Shown: one piece after another, positions 9,100 to 18,172 of the stretch
Numbering within the stretch: position 1 is the stretch's first letter
Layout of the letters: each line of letters opens with the position of its first letter
Program-made: the position numbers and the translations under genes
Notes under the pieces: generated by a model
What the model saw: only the letters and a program-made list of their open reading frames with translations
What the model was told of the DNA's origin: nothing
Databases searched by the model: none
Assembly (NCBI GenBank): GCA_003154115.1
Contig: PMCF01000171.1
Coordinates: forward strand, 10,903 to 63,675
Source of the DNA: Anaerolineae bacterium
GTDB taxonomy: Bacteria > Chloroflexota > Anaerolineae > Fen-1058
Reading direction: 5' to 3'
Length of the DNA stretch: 52,773 bases

Positions 9100-11022
9100 T
9101 CATGGCGCCGCGTTGATACGCAGAATCGTCACGCCATCTTGTTGATAGACCCGCTCCACCCCTGGCTCTTTACTCAAACGGGTAGGCCTAAGCGCTGGCC
9201 CGCTGAAATTCCCCTGCGGACCAATATACACATAGTCGACGCCGAGCGCGCGCAGATCATCCAAGGCGGCCGCGTCTTCCGTCAGTCGTTCGGCGGCTTT
9301 AGACCACTGATAGACCTCCTCGCGATACTCAGGCGTTCCTTCGCTGAACAACATCGCGCTGGCTGTCGTCTGTCGCCCGGTAAAATAGGGAATCCAGTAT
9401 CCTCCATCGGTGCCGTGCGGCGCGCGTGGCAACCAGAAATAAGTGTTAATGGCAAAGCGCGCATCAGGCGGCGTGTTGGCGCGGATCCAATCCATGGCTG
9501 CCACATCAGCCGCCGTCACAAAAAAGCGATAAGGTTCCAGTTTCATTACTTCGGAGTGACTGCCGACAAAACCGGCCAGGAGCGTTACGGCGACGATCGC
9601 GCTCCTGGCCCAGGCATATCTTCGAGCCGTCAGCCAGTGCGCCAATTCTTCCACAGCTGCGCCAATAATCAGCGCGATGGGCAGATACCACATCACCAAC
9701 ACCGCGCCGAAGTTGGTCACTTCCAACAACTGCTGACCGGTAAGATAGGCCAACCCGATCGCCATCAAGCTGGCGAACCACACCACCACCAATAGCACCA
9801 GGCGATTACGCCGGATCAACGCGAACAAGGCACTCACTAGGGTTAAGCCCATCAACCAGATCGGTGCGGCCAGGGAGGGGATCGAGTCCACAGGAAAAAC
9901 GTAATAGGCCGCGCGCGCTTGAGCGACTTCATCTGGTGTAAGCGTGACCGCCACTGGCGGTGTGCTGCGCCGCTCCACGTAAATGCGCAGCGCATCCCAC
10001 AACGCGGGTGTCACCAACAACAACGACAACAGGCCGACCACGCCAACGCCCATCACAATGGCCCGGCGTTGGTGTGTGCGTCCAGCGCGATAAAACTCCC
10101 AGACAACGATCAGGCCGACCAGAGGCAGATAAAACGCCGCCACCCGATAGTGCAGCAAAAAGACCCCGGCCATTAAGATGCTTGCCAACACCGTGTTCCA
10201 CATCGTCACTGCGCGCTGCGTGCGAAATTGCTTCCAGCCCACAATCGCTTGCCACGTAACAATCAAGGCGATAAGCAAGATGGTCTGAGACGCCACTTGC
10301 GTGAAGCGGCCCCAATTTACGTAGAAGGCCGGCTGAAACGACAACAAGCCGACGATCACCGCGCCCACGATCGCACCGACGCGCCCCACCGTTCGATCGA
10401 GCACCAGAAACACGCCCAGCCCGCATAAGCCGCTCAACACCTGCGAAGTCCACAACAAAGCGGAATAAGCCGGAATCTGTGCCAGCCATTCCGTACTGGC
10501 CGTTAAGGAGTACAAGCCAAGATGATACATCCCTAACGGAATAGGAAAGTAAGGCTGCATGTCAAACGGCAAGCGGCCCTGCTCCGCGGTTAGCTGCGTC
10601 AATATCGAATGATGCAGCGAATCCGACCAGGCGGGATACGGCTGGTCCCGAATGATCCAGAAGCGCGTAAACAGCGTGGCGGCAAAAACTCCCACGGCGA
10701 TCCATTCCAATCGATCAAAAGCGAATTGATCGCGCCACTGTCCCCGCAGTCGCCACACCATCACAATGGCACAGAGGACAAGTATGACGGCCAGCTTAAA
10801 CGGCCCCAACGCAAAACTTGGGAGAACGAACCGCAGCCCATAAAACAACACCGGATACGCCGCCACACTCAACCCGATCGCAACACACCAGCGCTGCAAA
10901 CGCGGCCAGTTCTGCCAGACCGGCACCAGCGACAACAGCGCCCAGCCCGGCACGGTCAGCATGAAACTCATGACAATTAGACTTCTTACTTCAGGAGACA
11001 AATTTAACCTCGCGACAAACAA
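9100..11022 (-). CDS. Polytopic membrane protein, putative GT-C-fold glycosyltransferase
   Basis: 640 aa, more than 12 TM segments; loop 'WSDSLHH', 'YHLG', and a C-terminal soluble domain 'AMDWIRANTP..ARF...LGVDYVYI' of the type seen in GT-C-like proteins; adjacent to a polyprenol-phosphate GT2. Confidence 0.6.
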   Translation of the reverse strand: MFVARLNLSPEVRSLIVMSFMLTVPGWALLSLVPVWQNWPRLQRWCVAIGLSVAAYPVLFYGLRFVLPSFALGPFKLAVILVLCAIVMVWRLRGQWRDQFAFDRLEWIAVGVFAATLFTRFWIIRDQPYPAWSDSLHHSILTQLTAEQGRLPFDMQPYFPIPLGMYHLGLYSLTASTEWLAQIPAYSALLWTSQVLSGLCGLGVFLVLDRTVGRVGAIVGAVIVGLLSFQPAFYVNWGRFTQVASQTILLIALIVTWQAIVGWKQFRTQRAVTMWNTVLASILMAGVFLLHYRVAAFYLPLVGLIVVWEFYRAGRTHQRRAIVMGVGVVGLLSLLLVTPALWDALRIYVERRSTPPVAVTLTPDEVAQARAAYYVFPVDSIPSLAAPIWLMGLTLVSALFALIRRNRLVLLVVVWFASLMAIGLAYLTGQQLLEVTNFGAVLVMWYLPIALIIGAAVEELAHWLTARRYAWARSAIVAVTLLAGFVGSHSEVMKLEPYRFFVTAADVAAMDWIRANTPPDARFAINTYFWLPRAPHGTDGGYWIPYFTGRQTTASAMLFSEGTPEYREEVYQWSKAAERLTEDAAALDDLRALGVDYVYIGPQGNFSGPALRPTRLSKEPGVERVYQQDGVTILRINAAP

Positions 11023-11027
11023 AGAAC

Positions 11028-12011
11028 TCAGGGGAGACGATCGGTCTGCAGTTGCTCGATCTGGGCAGCGGGCTCGCTCAATTCGATCCGCTTCAGGCGA
11101 TAGAGTTCACGCTCATGCAAGCGGCGATTGAACCCGATCAGATCGGCGACCAGACCAATAAGGCAAGTCTGCACACCCACGATCATCAAGATCGCCGCTA
11201 GAATCAACGACTGCACATGCCCTAGTGCCGCACCAAAGATAAAGAAGTAGAGGAACCGCAGCCCCAGCAGCACACCCAGAATCAGAAAGAACAAGCCGAT
11301 GCTCACGAAAGTTCGCAGGGGGCGATACATCGTGTAGGCCCGAATAATGGTAATGCCGGAATTCAGCAGATAATGCGGGATGCTCTTGGCCAGCCGTGAT
11401 TTGCGCGTTTGCGGATTGATCGTGATGGGCACAAATTCGATCGGGATTTTGAACATCCCGGCTTGAATCAGTGTTTCCAGCGTGTAGGAAAAATCACTCA
11501 ACACATTTAAGCGCAGGGCTGCTTCGCGGCTGTAAGCGCGAAAGCCGCTCGCCGCATCGGGGATGGGTATCCCTGCGGCTAACTGCACCACCCGGCTGCC
11601 GATGCGTTGCAGCGCGCGCTTCACCGGCGAAAAGTGCGCAACATGTGCCACGCCCCGATCGCCGACCACAATATCCGCGCGGCCCGTCAGCACCGGCTGA
11701 ATCAAACGCAGAATGTCTTCGCCGCGATACTGATTATCCGCATCGGTATTGACGATGATGTCGGCCCCCAGGCGCAAAGCTTCGTCTAATCCAGCTTGAA
11801 AGGTGCGCGCCAAACCAACATGGGCCCGCATCGGTAAGACGTGCTGAATGCCCAACGCGTTAGCCGCTTCCACGGTGCGGTCTTGACTGCCGTCGTCGAT
11901 CACCAACACTTCAAGCTCGTCGATCCCTGGCAGCGTTTTCGGCAAATCATGCCAGGTCTGTGGCAAGTGATGCTCTTCGTTAAAGCATGGAATCTGGACG
12001 ATCAGTTTCAT
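11028..12011 (-). CDS. GT2 glycosyltransferase with C-terminal TM helices (polyprenol-phosphate glycosyltransferase-like)
   Basis: 'IPCFNEE', 'IDDGSQD', 'NTDADNQY', 'SGFRAYSR' and two C-terminal TM helices; start at ATG 12011 (MKLIVQIP). Confidence 0.85.
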   Translation of the reverse strand: MKLIVQIPCFNEEHHLPQTWHDLPKTLPGIDELEVLVIDDGSQDRTVEAANALGIQHVLPMRAHVGLARTFQAGLDEALRLGADIIVNTDADNQYRGEDILRLIQPVLTGRADIVVGDRGVAHVAHFSPVKRALQRIGSRVVQLAAGIPIPDAASGFRAYSREAALRLNVLSDFSYTLETLIQAGMFKIPIEFVPITINPQTRKSRLAKSIPHYLLNSGITIIRAYTMYRPLRTFVSIGLFFLILGVLLGLRFLYFFIFGAALGHVQSLILAAILMIVGVQTCLIGLVADLIGFNRRLHERELYRLKRIELSEPAAQIEQLQTDRLP

Positions 12012-12022
12012 GGGAAATTCAT

Positions 12023-12991
12023 TCACGCGGCCCGCCAACGCACCAGTTGCACAGCCACCAATCTCTGCCGCCACGCGATTGCCGGCCTGGCCGGGTATTG
12101 GAACTGCGATCGTTTGCGCCATATCTTACCCCATCCCCGCAGTGCCGCCCAACGCCCCTGTAGCGCGGCGACATGGCGTCCGCGGATCGAAGTCACTAGG
12201 GCTGCTCCCAGGTCAAGCAGCAGCATCGCGGGCAAATAGTACCACAAGCTCGCAAACGGATAATTCTTAGCAATGACCCACCATTTATTGCGCCCCAACA
12301 GGCGCGCCTTAAAAGGCGAACCTAACTTGCTGGTGGCCGAATGGACGTGATGCACGACCGCACCCGGTACATATAGGCAGCGCCAGCCGGCCCATTGCGC
12401 ACGCCAGGCTAAATCGACATCTTCGTAGTAAGCGAACAAGTCTTCGTCAAACAGGCCGATCTGATCGAGCAGGGCGCGGCGATATAAGGCGGCGGCCCCG
12501 GACGGGCCAAAGACTTCACAGGGGGTGTTCACCAACCGATCGGTGTAAGGCCGCCCCCAGGCCCGGTTCCAGGCCACCCCCGCTCGATCGACTTCTATCC
12601 CCAACGAATCGATCACACCCGCCGGATCGCGCCGCAAGATTCGACACGCCAACATGCCCGCCCACGTTTCGCGCTCGGCTGTTTCGACCAGGACTTGTAA
12701 CCAGTCTGGTTCGGGCAGCGCATCATTGTTGAGCGCGACAATGAGGGGCGCACGCGCTGCTTGGAAGCCTTGATTGTTGGCAGCCGCAAAACCAAGATTG
12801 ACCTCATTGCGAATGACGATCACCTCCGGCGCATGATCCAGCAACCACTCGAGGGAACCATCGTGTGACCCGTTGTCGACGACGATGATCTCAAAATCGC
12901 GGAACGTCTGCGCCCGCAAAGCCGCCAGGCATTCAGTTAAGAGCTGACGGCCATTCCAATTGGGGATGATCACTGACAGATGTGGAGACAT
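12023..12991 (-). CDS. GT2 family glycosyltransferase
   Basis: 'IIPNWNG', 'VDNGSHDG', 'LNNDA', 'YYEDVDLAWR'. Confidence 0.9.
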   Translation of the reverse strand: MSPHLSVIIPNWNGRQLLTECLAALRAQTFRDFEIIVVDNGSHDGSLEWLLDHAPEVIVIRNEVNLGFAAANNQGFQAARAPLIVALNNDALPEPDWLQVLVETAERETWAGMLACRILRRDPAGVIDSLGIEVDRAGVAWNRAWGRPYTDRLVNTPCEVFGPSGAAALYRRALLDQIGLFDEDLFAYYEDVDLAWRAQWAGWRCLYVPGAVVHHVHSATSKLGSPFKARLLGRNKWWVIAKNYPFASLWYYLPAMLLLDLGAALVTSIRGRHVAALQGRWAALRGWGKIWRKRSQFQYPARPAIAWRQRLVAVQLVRWRAA

Positions 12992-13033
12992 GGGAATCGC
13001 AGCGACACGGCCAACGCGATTGCGTGCGGCAGT

Positions 13034-13062
13034 ATCATAACATGCCGCCTATGAAGCGTCAA
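13034..13062 (-). promoter_or_regulatory. Sigma70-type promoter upstream of GT2 gene
   Basis: Minus strand TTGACG-17 bp-TATGAT with extended -10 TG. Confidence 0.6.
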
Positions 13063-13084
13063 CGAAATAAGGTGAAAATTCGCT

Positions 13085-13945
13085 TCACCGTCGGCTAGCA
13101 ATGACGGCTAAGGCCGGCCCGTTGGGATGAGTCGGCTCATCGAAGTTAAAACGCAGATCCGTAAAGCCAAAATACTGGAGACAGCGCACCAGATCGTCAC
13201 GACTCAACCAATTGCTGAGGGGAGCACTGCCGCCACAAAAGCCGTTCCATTCAAGGGCCTTCTGATATTCTTGTCGATAAAGGGTGTGCTTGAAACCGGC
13301 ATACTCAGCTGGCTGAGAGAAATTAAACCGGGGCGCGTTGATTTTGCTGGCAGAAATAATCGCCTGATCGTAATAGTGCGTCCATAAGAACAAATGCCGG
13401 GTACAGCGTTGCGCCAGCAACGCAATGAGCTCGACCGGATTCTGCATGTGATACAGAACCCCGCTGGCGACACCCACTTCAAAGTTCGGGCCTGCCTGCC
13501 GCAAGTATTCGATGCAATCACCACACAAAAAGCGCGTACGCTGAAGGTTAAGTAGTTCCTTGACGATCAAGCATTTTAGAAAGGCACGCGTATTGGCCTC
13601 TACCGCCGTAATCTCAGCGGTTCCCAGCTGGGCCAACATATACGTATGCCCTCCTTCCAAAGGACCCAGTTCCAAGACCGATTTTCCTGTGACCCCGCCG
13701 ATTTCACTTGCCAGCCACTTGATACGCCCATCGTCAAACAGTTCTATCGTTCCCGCCTGGCACTGCGCCAACGGCTCTGGGAGCCGCGAAGTCCATTCAC
13801 CTTGAAAAATATCCAGCGTCGTCTGTGGGTTGGGCGCCGTCTTGAGATAGCTATCCAAGACAGCTGTCTCGTGACGTTTAGGCAAGCGGCCAATCGTCTT
13901 TTCTTTCAGACGCGTGAACGGTCCTTTGATTTGAGACTCAGGCAT
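13085..13945 (-). CDS. Class I SAM-dependent methyltransferase
   Basis: 'VLELGPLEGG', 'SGVLYHMQNP'; ATG 13945 preceded by GAGAGAGGAA. Confidence 0.8.
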   Translation of the reverse strand: MPESQIKGPFTRLKEKTIGRLPKRHETAVLDSYLKTAPNPQTTLDIFQGEWTSRLPEPLAQCQAGTIELFDDGRIKWLASEIGGVTGKSVLELGPLEGGHTYMLAQLGTAEITAVEANTRAFLKCLIVKELLNLQRTRFLCGDCIEYLRQAGPNFEVGVASGVLYHMQNPVELIALLAQRCTRHLFLWTHYYDQAIISASKINAPRFNFSQPAEYAGFKHTLYRQEYQKALEWNGFCGGSAPLSNWLSRDDLVRCLQYFGFTDLRFNFDEPTHPNGPALAVIASRR

Positions 13946-13978
13946 GATTGTTCCTCTCTCTTCAGGTCTTTGTACAGC

Positions 13979-14023
13979 AAAAAGCATCGCACCCTGTTTT
14001 CACGAATTATACAGGGTGCGATG
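13979..14023 (-). terminator. Intrinsic terminator after the 645-aa exported protein
   Basis: Perfect 13-bp inverted repeat CATCGCACCCTGT/ACAGGGTGCGATG followed on the minus strand by CTTTTT; a TATAAT overlaps the stem/loop junction. Confidence 0.6.
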
Positions 14024-14054
14024 AGATGAGCAAGGAAGGCGCGGTTGGGCCGTG

Positions 14055-15992
14055 TCAATGCGAAACGATCACAGGCGTCTCACTTACGGCTGTAGTCGTG
14101 TTGAAGCCATCAGTGGCCTGCGCGCACACATAGTAGGTGCCCGGCGCAACGGTTGACGTGTTCCATACAAAGTTGTCAGGTCCTCCAGTAGAGGTGCCGC
14201 CGGTCACCAACGGCAAGAAGACCTTATACTGTCCAGTCGGCGGCAGATTACCCCCGCCTCCCTGCCATTGATAAATCGGCGTGCCGCTGCGCAAGCAGGC
14301 AGTTTGATCCTGGCTGGCGTAAAAATTGATGGTCTTGGGTGCAGCGTCCGTAACCTGTGACCAATGCACCGCGAAAGAGGCATTCGCTACATCGTCGCCC
14401 GTCAGCTTGACATCGTCAAGATGAATGGGCCACGGATCGACGCCTTCCAAGAAATCAAACCGAAACGCATATTTGAAGCCGGTCCAAAAACCGCCTGTCT
14501 GGGGTTCCGAGTCCCAGTATCCCCGCTCAACCCCTTTAGACAGATCCATTTGATAGGTGTTCCAGTCATCAAATACAATTATCGCTTTTGTGCTATCTGC
14601 TTGGCTCAAACTGTGCGGCCACTCACTAAAAAAGATCACGCGTGTCAACCAGCCGGCCGGATAAACTTGCCGGGCTGTATCCAGGGATAGCCGATCACCG
14701 CTGTTCGCCCACCAGGGAGAGCGATCGATTTTATAACGGTAGGTCAGGTATTTATATTTAGAAGTATCAATCGGCTTATTGCGATTAACGTGCAAGTAAA
14801 CAAATGGATCGCCCATGCTAGACACGTCATTGCTATCGAATCGTCCCACCGTGCCATACATCTCACCGTTGGCAAAACACGGACACGGCGACTCAACGTC
14901 ATGGGGGAAGCGATATAAATCGTTGCTGGTAAAAATCGAGTTGCTGTCGCTCATGTCCCAGGGAACGCCCAACTCCACCGTGGCATAATCTGGGCCGCTG
15001 GTCATGCTGGGCGCATCGATGTGCAAGAGCGGCGCAGGCTCGATCGTCAACGCCCCGCTGCTCACACCGCTGGCAGTTGTCGTGCCATGCCGCACCACGG
15101 CCCGCACATAGTAGCTGCCGGGCGGCAGGTAGGCCGTGCGCCAGTCATATTGATAGGTACCCGGTGTGTCGACGGGAATGCCCGTCTTGATCGAACCACA
15201 GAAGCTGTCGGCGTCAACTTGTGATGTGGTGTAGCACTCAAGATCCACCAGGTCTCCCGCCTGCGTGCCGGCCACAGAAAACTTGATCGAGTAGACAGGC
15301 GAGGTGGTAGGATCAACTAATCGGATCCAGTCAAATTGATAATTGCCCGTCGTCAAACCAAAGCGAAAGCCAATACCATAGATGGCGGGGTTGTTCGTCC
15401 AGGTAGATTTGGATGCGAGGTTGGCGTTATAGACCTGCCAGCCGGTTAGATTTTGATAGACGCCATTATAATGGTCAACCTCCAACGTGAAACTAATGTT
15501 AGAGTATGAGACTTGCCACCACGGGTTACTTCCAGCACCGGCATCGTTGGGGGCTTTGATCCGAAAACTGATCTGTTTGTATTTGCTGGTTTGAACGGGG
15601 TAGTTCCCGCCCGTCTTGCCAATTTCAGCGACCGTATTTCCGCCAATGCTGTACCCCGGATACAAGGGATAAATCTCTGAATGACCACCTGTCTCAGTAG
15701 TGGTTCCGCTCCAGATGCCATTGGCAAAAGAAATATTGTCGATGCCAAATGACTGCCAGATGAGGTCCGTGTGGCGATCCATGGTGCGTGGTTCGTGCAG
15801 CACTTGTGTGAAGTAATCGTCGCCTTCGCCAATCACGTCGCTCGCTGCGCCACTGGGGGTCAGTACAGTCACCGTCATAGCATCCGGTTCAGCGATAGCG
15901 GTTAAGGCCCGTCCGCCTAACCACACGCTACTTAAGCCAATGGCGATCAACACCAGCCAAGTTTTAGTTTTGTCAGCCAATTGCAGGTTCAT
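14055..15992 (-). CDS. Exported protein of unknown function with two internally repeated modules and an internal 'YKVFLPLV' motif
   Basis: N-terminal signal/TM segment, strong RBS GGAGGAGG, Trp/Tyr-rich beta-type sequence with a visible two-fold repeat. Confidence 0.75.
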   Translation of the reverse strand: MNLQLADKTKTWLVLIAIGLSSVWLGGRALTAIAEPDAMTVTVLTPSGAASDVIGEGDDYFTQVLHEPRTMDRHTDLIWQSFGIDNISFANGIWSGTTTETGGHSEIYPLYPGYSIGGNTVAEIGKTGGNYPVQTSKYKQISFRIKAPNDAGAGSNPWWQVSYSNISFTLEVDHYNGVYQNLTGWQVYNANLASKSTWTNNPAIYGIGFRFGLTTGNYQFDWIRLVDPTTSPVYSIKFSVAGTQAGDLVDLECYTTSQVDADSFCGSIKTGIPVDTPGTYQYDWRTAYLPPGSYYVRAVVRHGTTTASGVSSGALTIEPAPLLHIDAPSMTSGPDYATVELGVPWDMSDSNSIFTSNDLYRFPHDVESPCPCFANGEMYGTVGRFDSNDVSSMGDPFVYLHVNRNKPIDTSKYKYLTYRYKIDRSPWWANSGDRLSLDTARQVYPAGWLTRVIFFSEWPHSLSQADSTKAIIVFDDWNTYQMDLSKGVERGYWDSEPQTGGFWTGFKYAFRFDFLEGVDPWPIHLDDVKLTGDDVANASFAVHWSQVTDAAPKTINFYASQDQTACLRSGTPIYQWQGGGGNLPPTGQYKVFLPLVTGGTSTGGPDNFVWNTSTVAPGTYYVCAQATDGFNTTTAVSETPVIVSH

Positions 15993-16135
15993 CAGTTCCT
16001 CCTCCCGAGCTCATTGCGCTCTCGTTTGCAACGTTATGCGCTATTATCTTAACCCAGGCCAGGGAGGAAGATCAATAGGAGTAGAGGGTTTTTTTGACCG
16101 TAGCAATGAATCGTTAACGATCTTGCAAGCAATTC

Positions 16136-17425
16136 TTAATACTTGTGGGCTTCACCAGCGATCATTTTGTCAACACCGAGCAGTTGCGTAATTTGTTGCT
16201 GGGTCGCTTCATACTGTGGATCGAAGAAACTGAGATCGAAGGGACGGCCAAACAAAGCGAAGATATCTTCATCACGGCGGCGCCGCGCCGCTTGTACTGT
16301 GGCACGTTTCTCCAGCAGGTGTGGCAGTAGATCGACCACATCGTTCGCGGCCACCAGGTGCGCCAGCGCCAGGCGCGAGACCTGCTCATAACCAGGTTCC
16401 ACGCCGGGCAGCGTGTGTCGATCGGGCGGGGGATAAGCCGGATCGGTTTTGCCGAGTTTGCGCCGCACCAGTGAAATCGCGCGGCGATAAAATTCGATCG
16501 GGCCTTCTTCGCGCAGCAGCCTGATCCAGCGCGCACCTTTCACCGGCTTGGGCGGCGCGGCGATCTGCGGCGCAGGATAGCCAATCCGATAAGTGTTCGC
16601 ATCGATGCCGCTCATCAAGTACAAGCGCTTGATGACCAGCATCCACGCGGCCGGCCAGACGCGCGCCAGATTTTCGTCATCATAGTTTTTGATCATGGTC
16701 AGCATGGCGTTGCGTTCCAGCAGCGCACGCCGACTGGCATCGGGCACTTGCTGCTGTGTGCCATGATGCTTGTGAACCACCACGGCCGCGCCCACGTATA
16801 ACACTTTGTACCCCAACACCCACAGGCGCCAACCCAGATCGACATCTTCATAGTTGGCGAAGTAGTCTTCGTCGAAGCCGCCCGAGTCCAAAAAAATGTC
16901 GCGCTGCACGAGCAGCGCGCCGCCGCACGCAAAGATGACCGGGTGTGTCCCTTCATATTGAGACACGTTGCCGCGATCGTAACCTTCTTGATAGCCATAA
17001 CCGTAGAAGTTGATCGACGAACCGCCGAACTCGACGCGCTCCCCGGTGATGTTCATCAGGCGTGAGCCAGCGCAGATCACTTCGGGATCAGACCGGATGG
17101 CTTCGACAAGTTTACTCAGCCAATCGGGATACACGTGCGCATCGTTGTTGAGGAAGGCGATGGTGTCCGTGGAAGCTGCGCGCGCGCCGGCATTGTTGCC
17201 GCCTGCAAAACCCAGATTGTGATCGTTTAACACGAGCGTGACCTGCGGATAATGCTCGCGCATGAAAGCCACCGAATCATCCGTGGAGCCATTATCGACT
17301 AACATCAATGTCAACCGTTCGTGCGGGTAGTCCAGCGCCAATAACGAATCGAAACAATCGGCCAGATGTGTGCGGCCATTCCAATTCAAGACGATGACGG
17401 TAACCGTAGGCAATTGAGTTGTCAT
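16136..17425 (-). CDS. GT2 family glycosyltransferase
   Basis: 'VLNWNG', 'VDNGSTDDS', 'FLNNDA', 'YEDVDLGWR'. Confidence 0.9.
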   Translation of the reverse strand: MTTQLPTVTVIVLNWNGRTHLADCFDSLLALDYPHERLTLMLVDNGSTDDSVAFMREHYPQVTLVLNDHNLGFAGGNNAGARAASTDTIAFLNNDAHVYPDWLSKLVEAIRSDPEVICAGSRLMNITGERVEFGGSSINFYGYGYQEGYDRGNVSQYEGTHPVIFACGGALLVQRDIFLDSGGFDEDYFANYEDVDLGWRLWVLGYKVLYVGAAVVVHKHHGTQQQVPDASRRALLERNAMLTMIKNYDDENLARVWPAAWMLVIKRLYLMSGIDANTYRIGYPAPQIAAPPKPVKGARWIRLLREEGPIEFYRRAISLVRRKLGKTDPAYPPPDRHTLPGVEPGYEQVSRLALAHLVAANDVVDLLPHLLEKRATVQAARRRRDEDIFALFGRPFDLSFFDPQYEATQQQITQLLGVDKMIAGEAHKY

Positions 17426-18159
17426 GCGCGACCTTCAGCGTGAGACACTGGTTTTTCGGCCAGCAGACTTAGCGCGTGATACATGCCGCGTCCGTTGGGC
17501 GCATAATAATGTTCGACGCTGGCGTTGAGTCGAAACAACAGCTTCGCCAGCACGCGCGTCACGAAGCGCCAGCGCGGCTTGGCAATATCCCAGCTGCCGT
17601 CTTCCAGCATTTTTGCCGCGTTGAGATAAGCCCCTTTAGTCCAATCGGTTTCTAAATACACCACGCGAAAACCGGCAGATTCGAACATGCGCTGCAAGGC
17701 GCTGTGCGTGTAGCGAAAATAATCGTCGGGATAGCCATGATATTGCAGCAGAAAGGGCACTTGCACTTGCACACAGCCGCCGGGCCGCAACACGCGATAC
17801 ATCTCGACGATGGTCTCGCGCGGATAAAAAACGTGCTCCAGCACTGATAAACAATTGATGCTGTCCACGCTCTCGGAACGCAGTCCTAATCGATCGACCG
17901 TGGCGACAAGATCGGGTTGATTTTCCGTCAGCATATCCACGCCCACATAGCGTGCTGCCTCGCTGCTCAGCGCCACACTGCGCCGATCGCGCGGGCCGCA
18001 GCCCAGATCGAGCAGCACTGTGCCGCGGCTGCGCGCATTAAACTCGCGGCCGACATCGCGCGTGCCCGCCCCCCACAAGGCGAAGCGTTCGCTTTCGGGC
18101 AGTGCGTAATATTCGGCAGGATTCGCTGCCAAGGAACGGAGATAAGTGAGCCACTTCAT
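17422..18159 (-). CDS. Class I SAM-dependent methyltransferase (type 11)
   Basis: 'LLDLGCG', 'SVLEHV', 'PFLLQYHGYPDDYFRYT'. Confidence 0.85.
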   Translation of the reverse strand: MKWLTYLRSLAANPAEYYALPESERFALWGAGTRDVGREFNARSRGTVLLDLGCGPRDRRSVALSSEAARYVGVDMLTENQPDLVATVDRLGLRSESVDSINCLSVLEHVFYPRETIVEMYRVLRPGGCVQVQVPFLLQYHGYPDDYFRYTHSALQRMFESAGFRVVYLETDWTKGAYLNAAKMLEDGSWDIAKPRWRFVTRVLAKLLFRLNASVEHYYAPNGRGMYHALSLLAEKPVSHAEGRA

Positions 18160-18172
18160 CGACGCTGATCCT

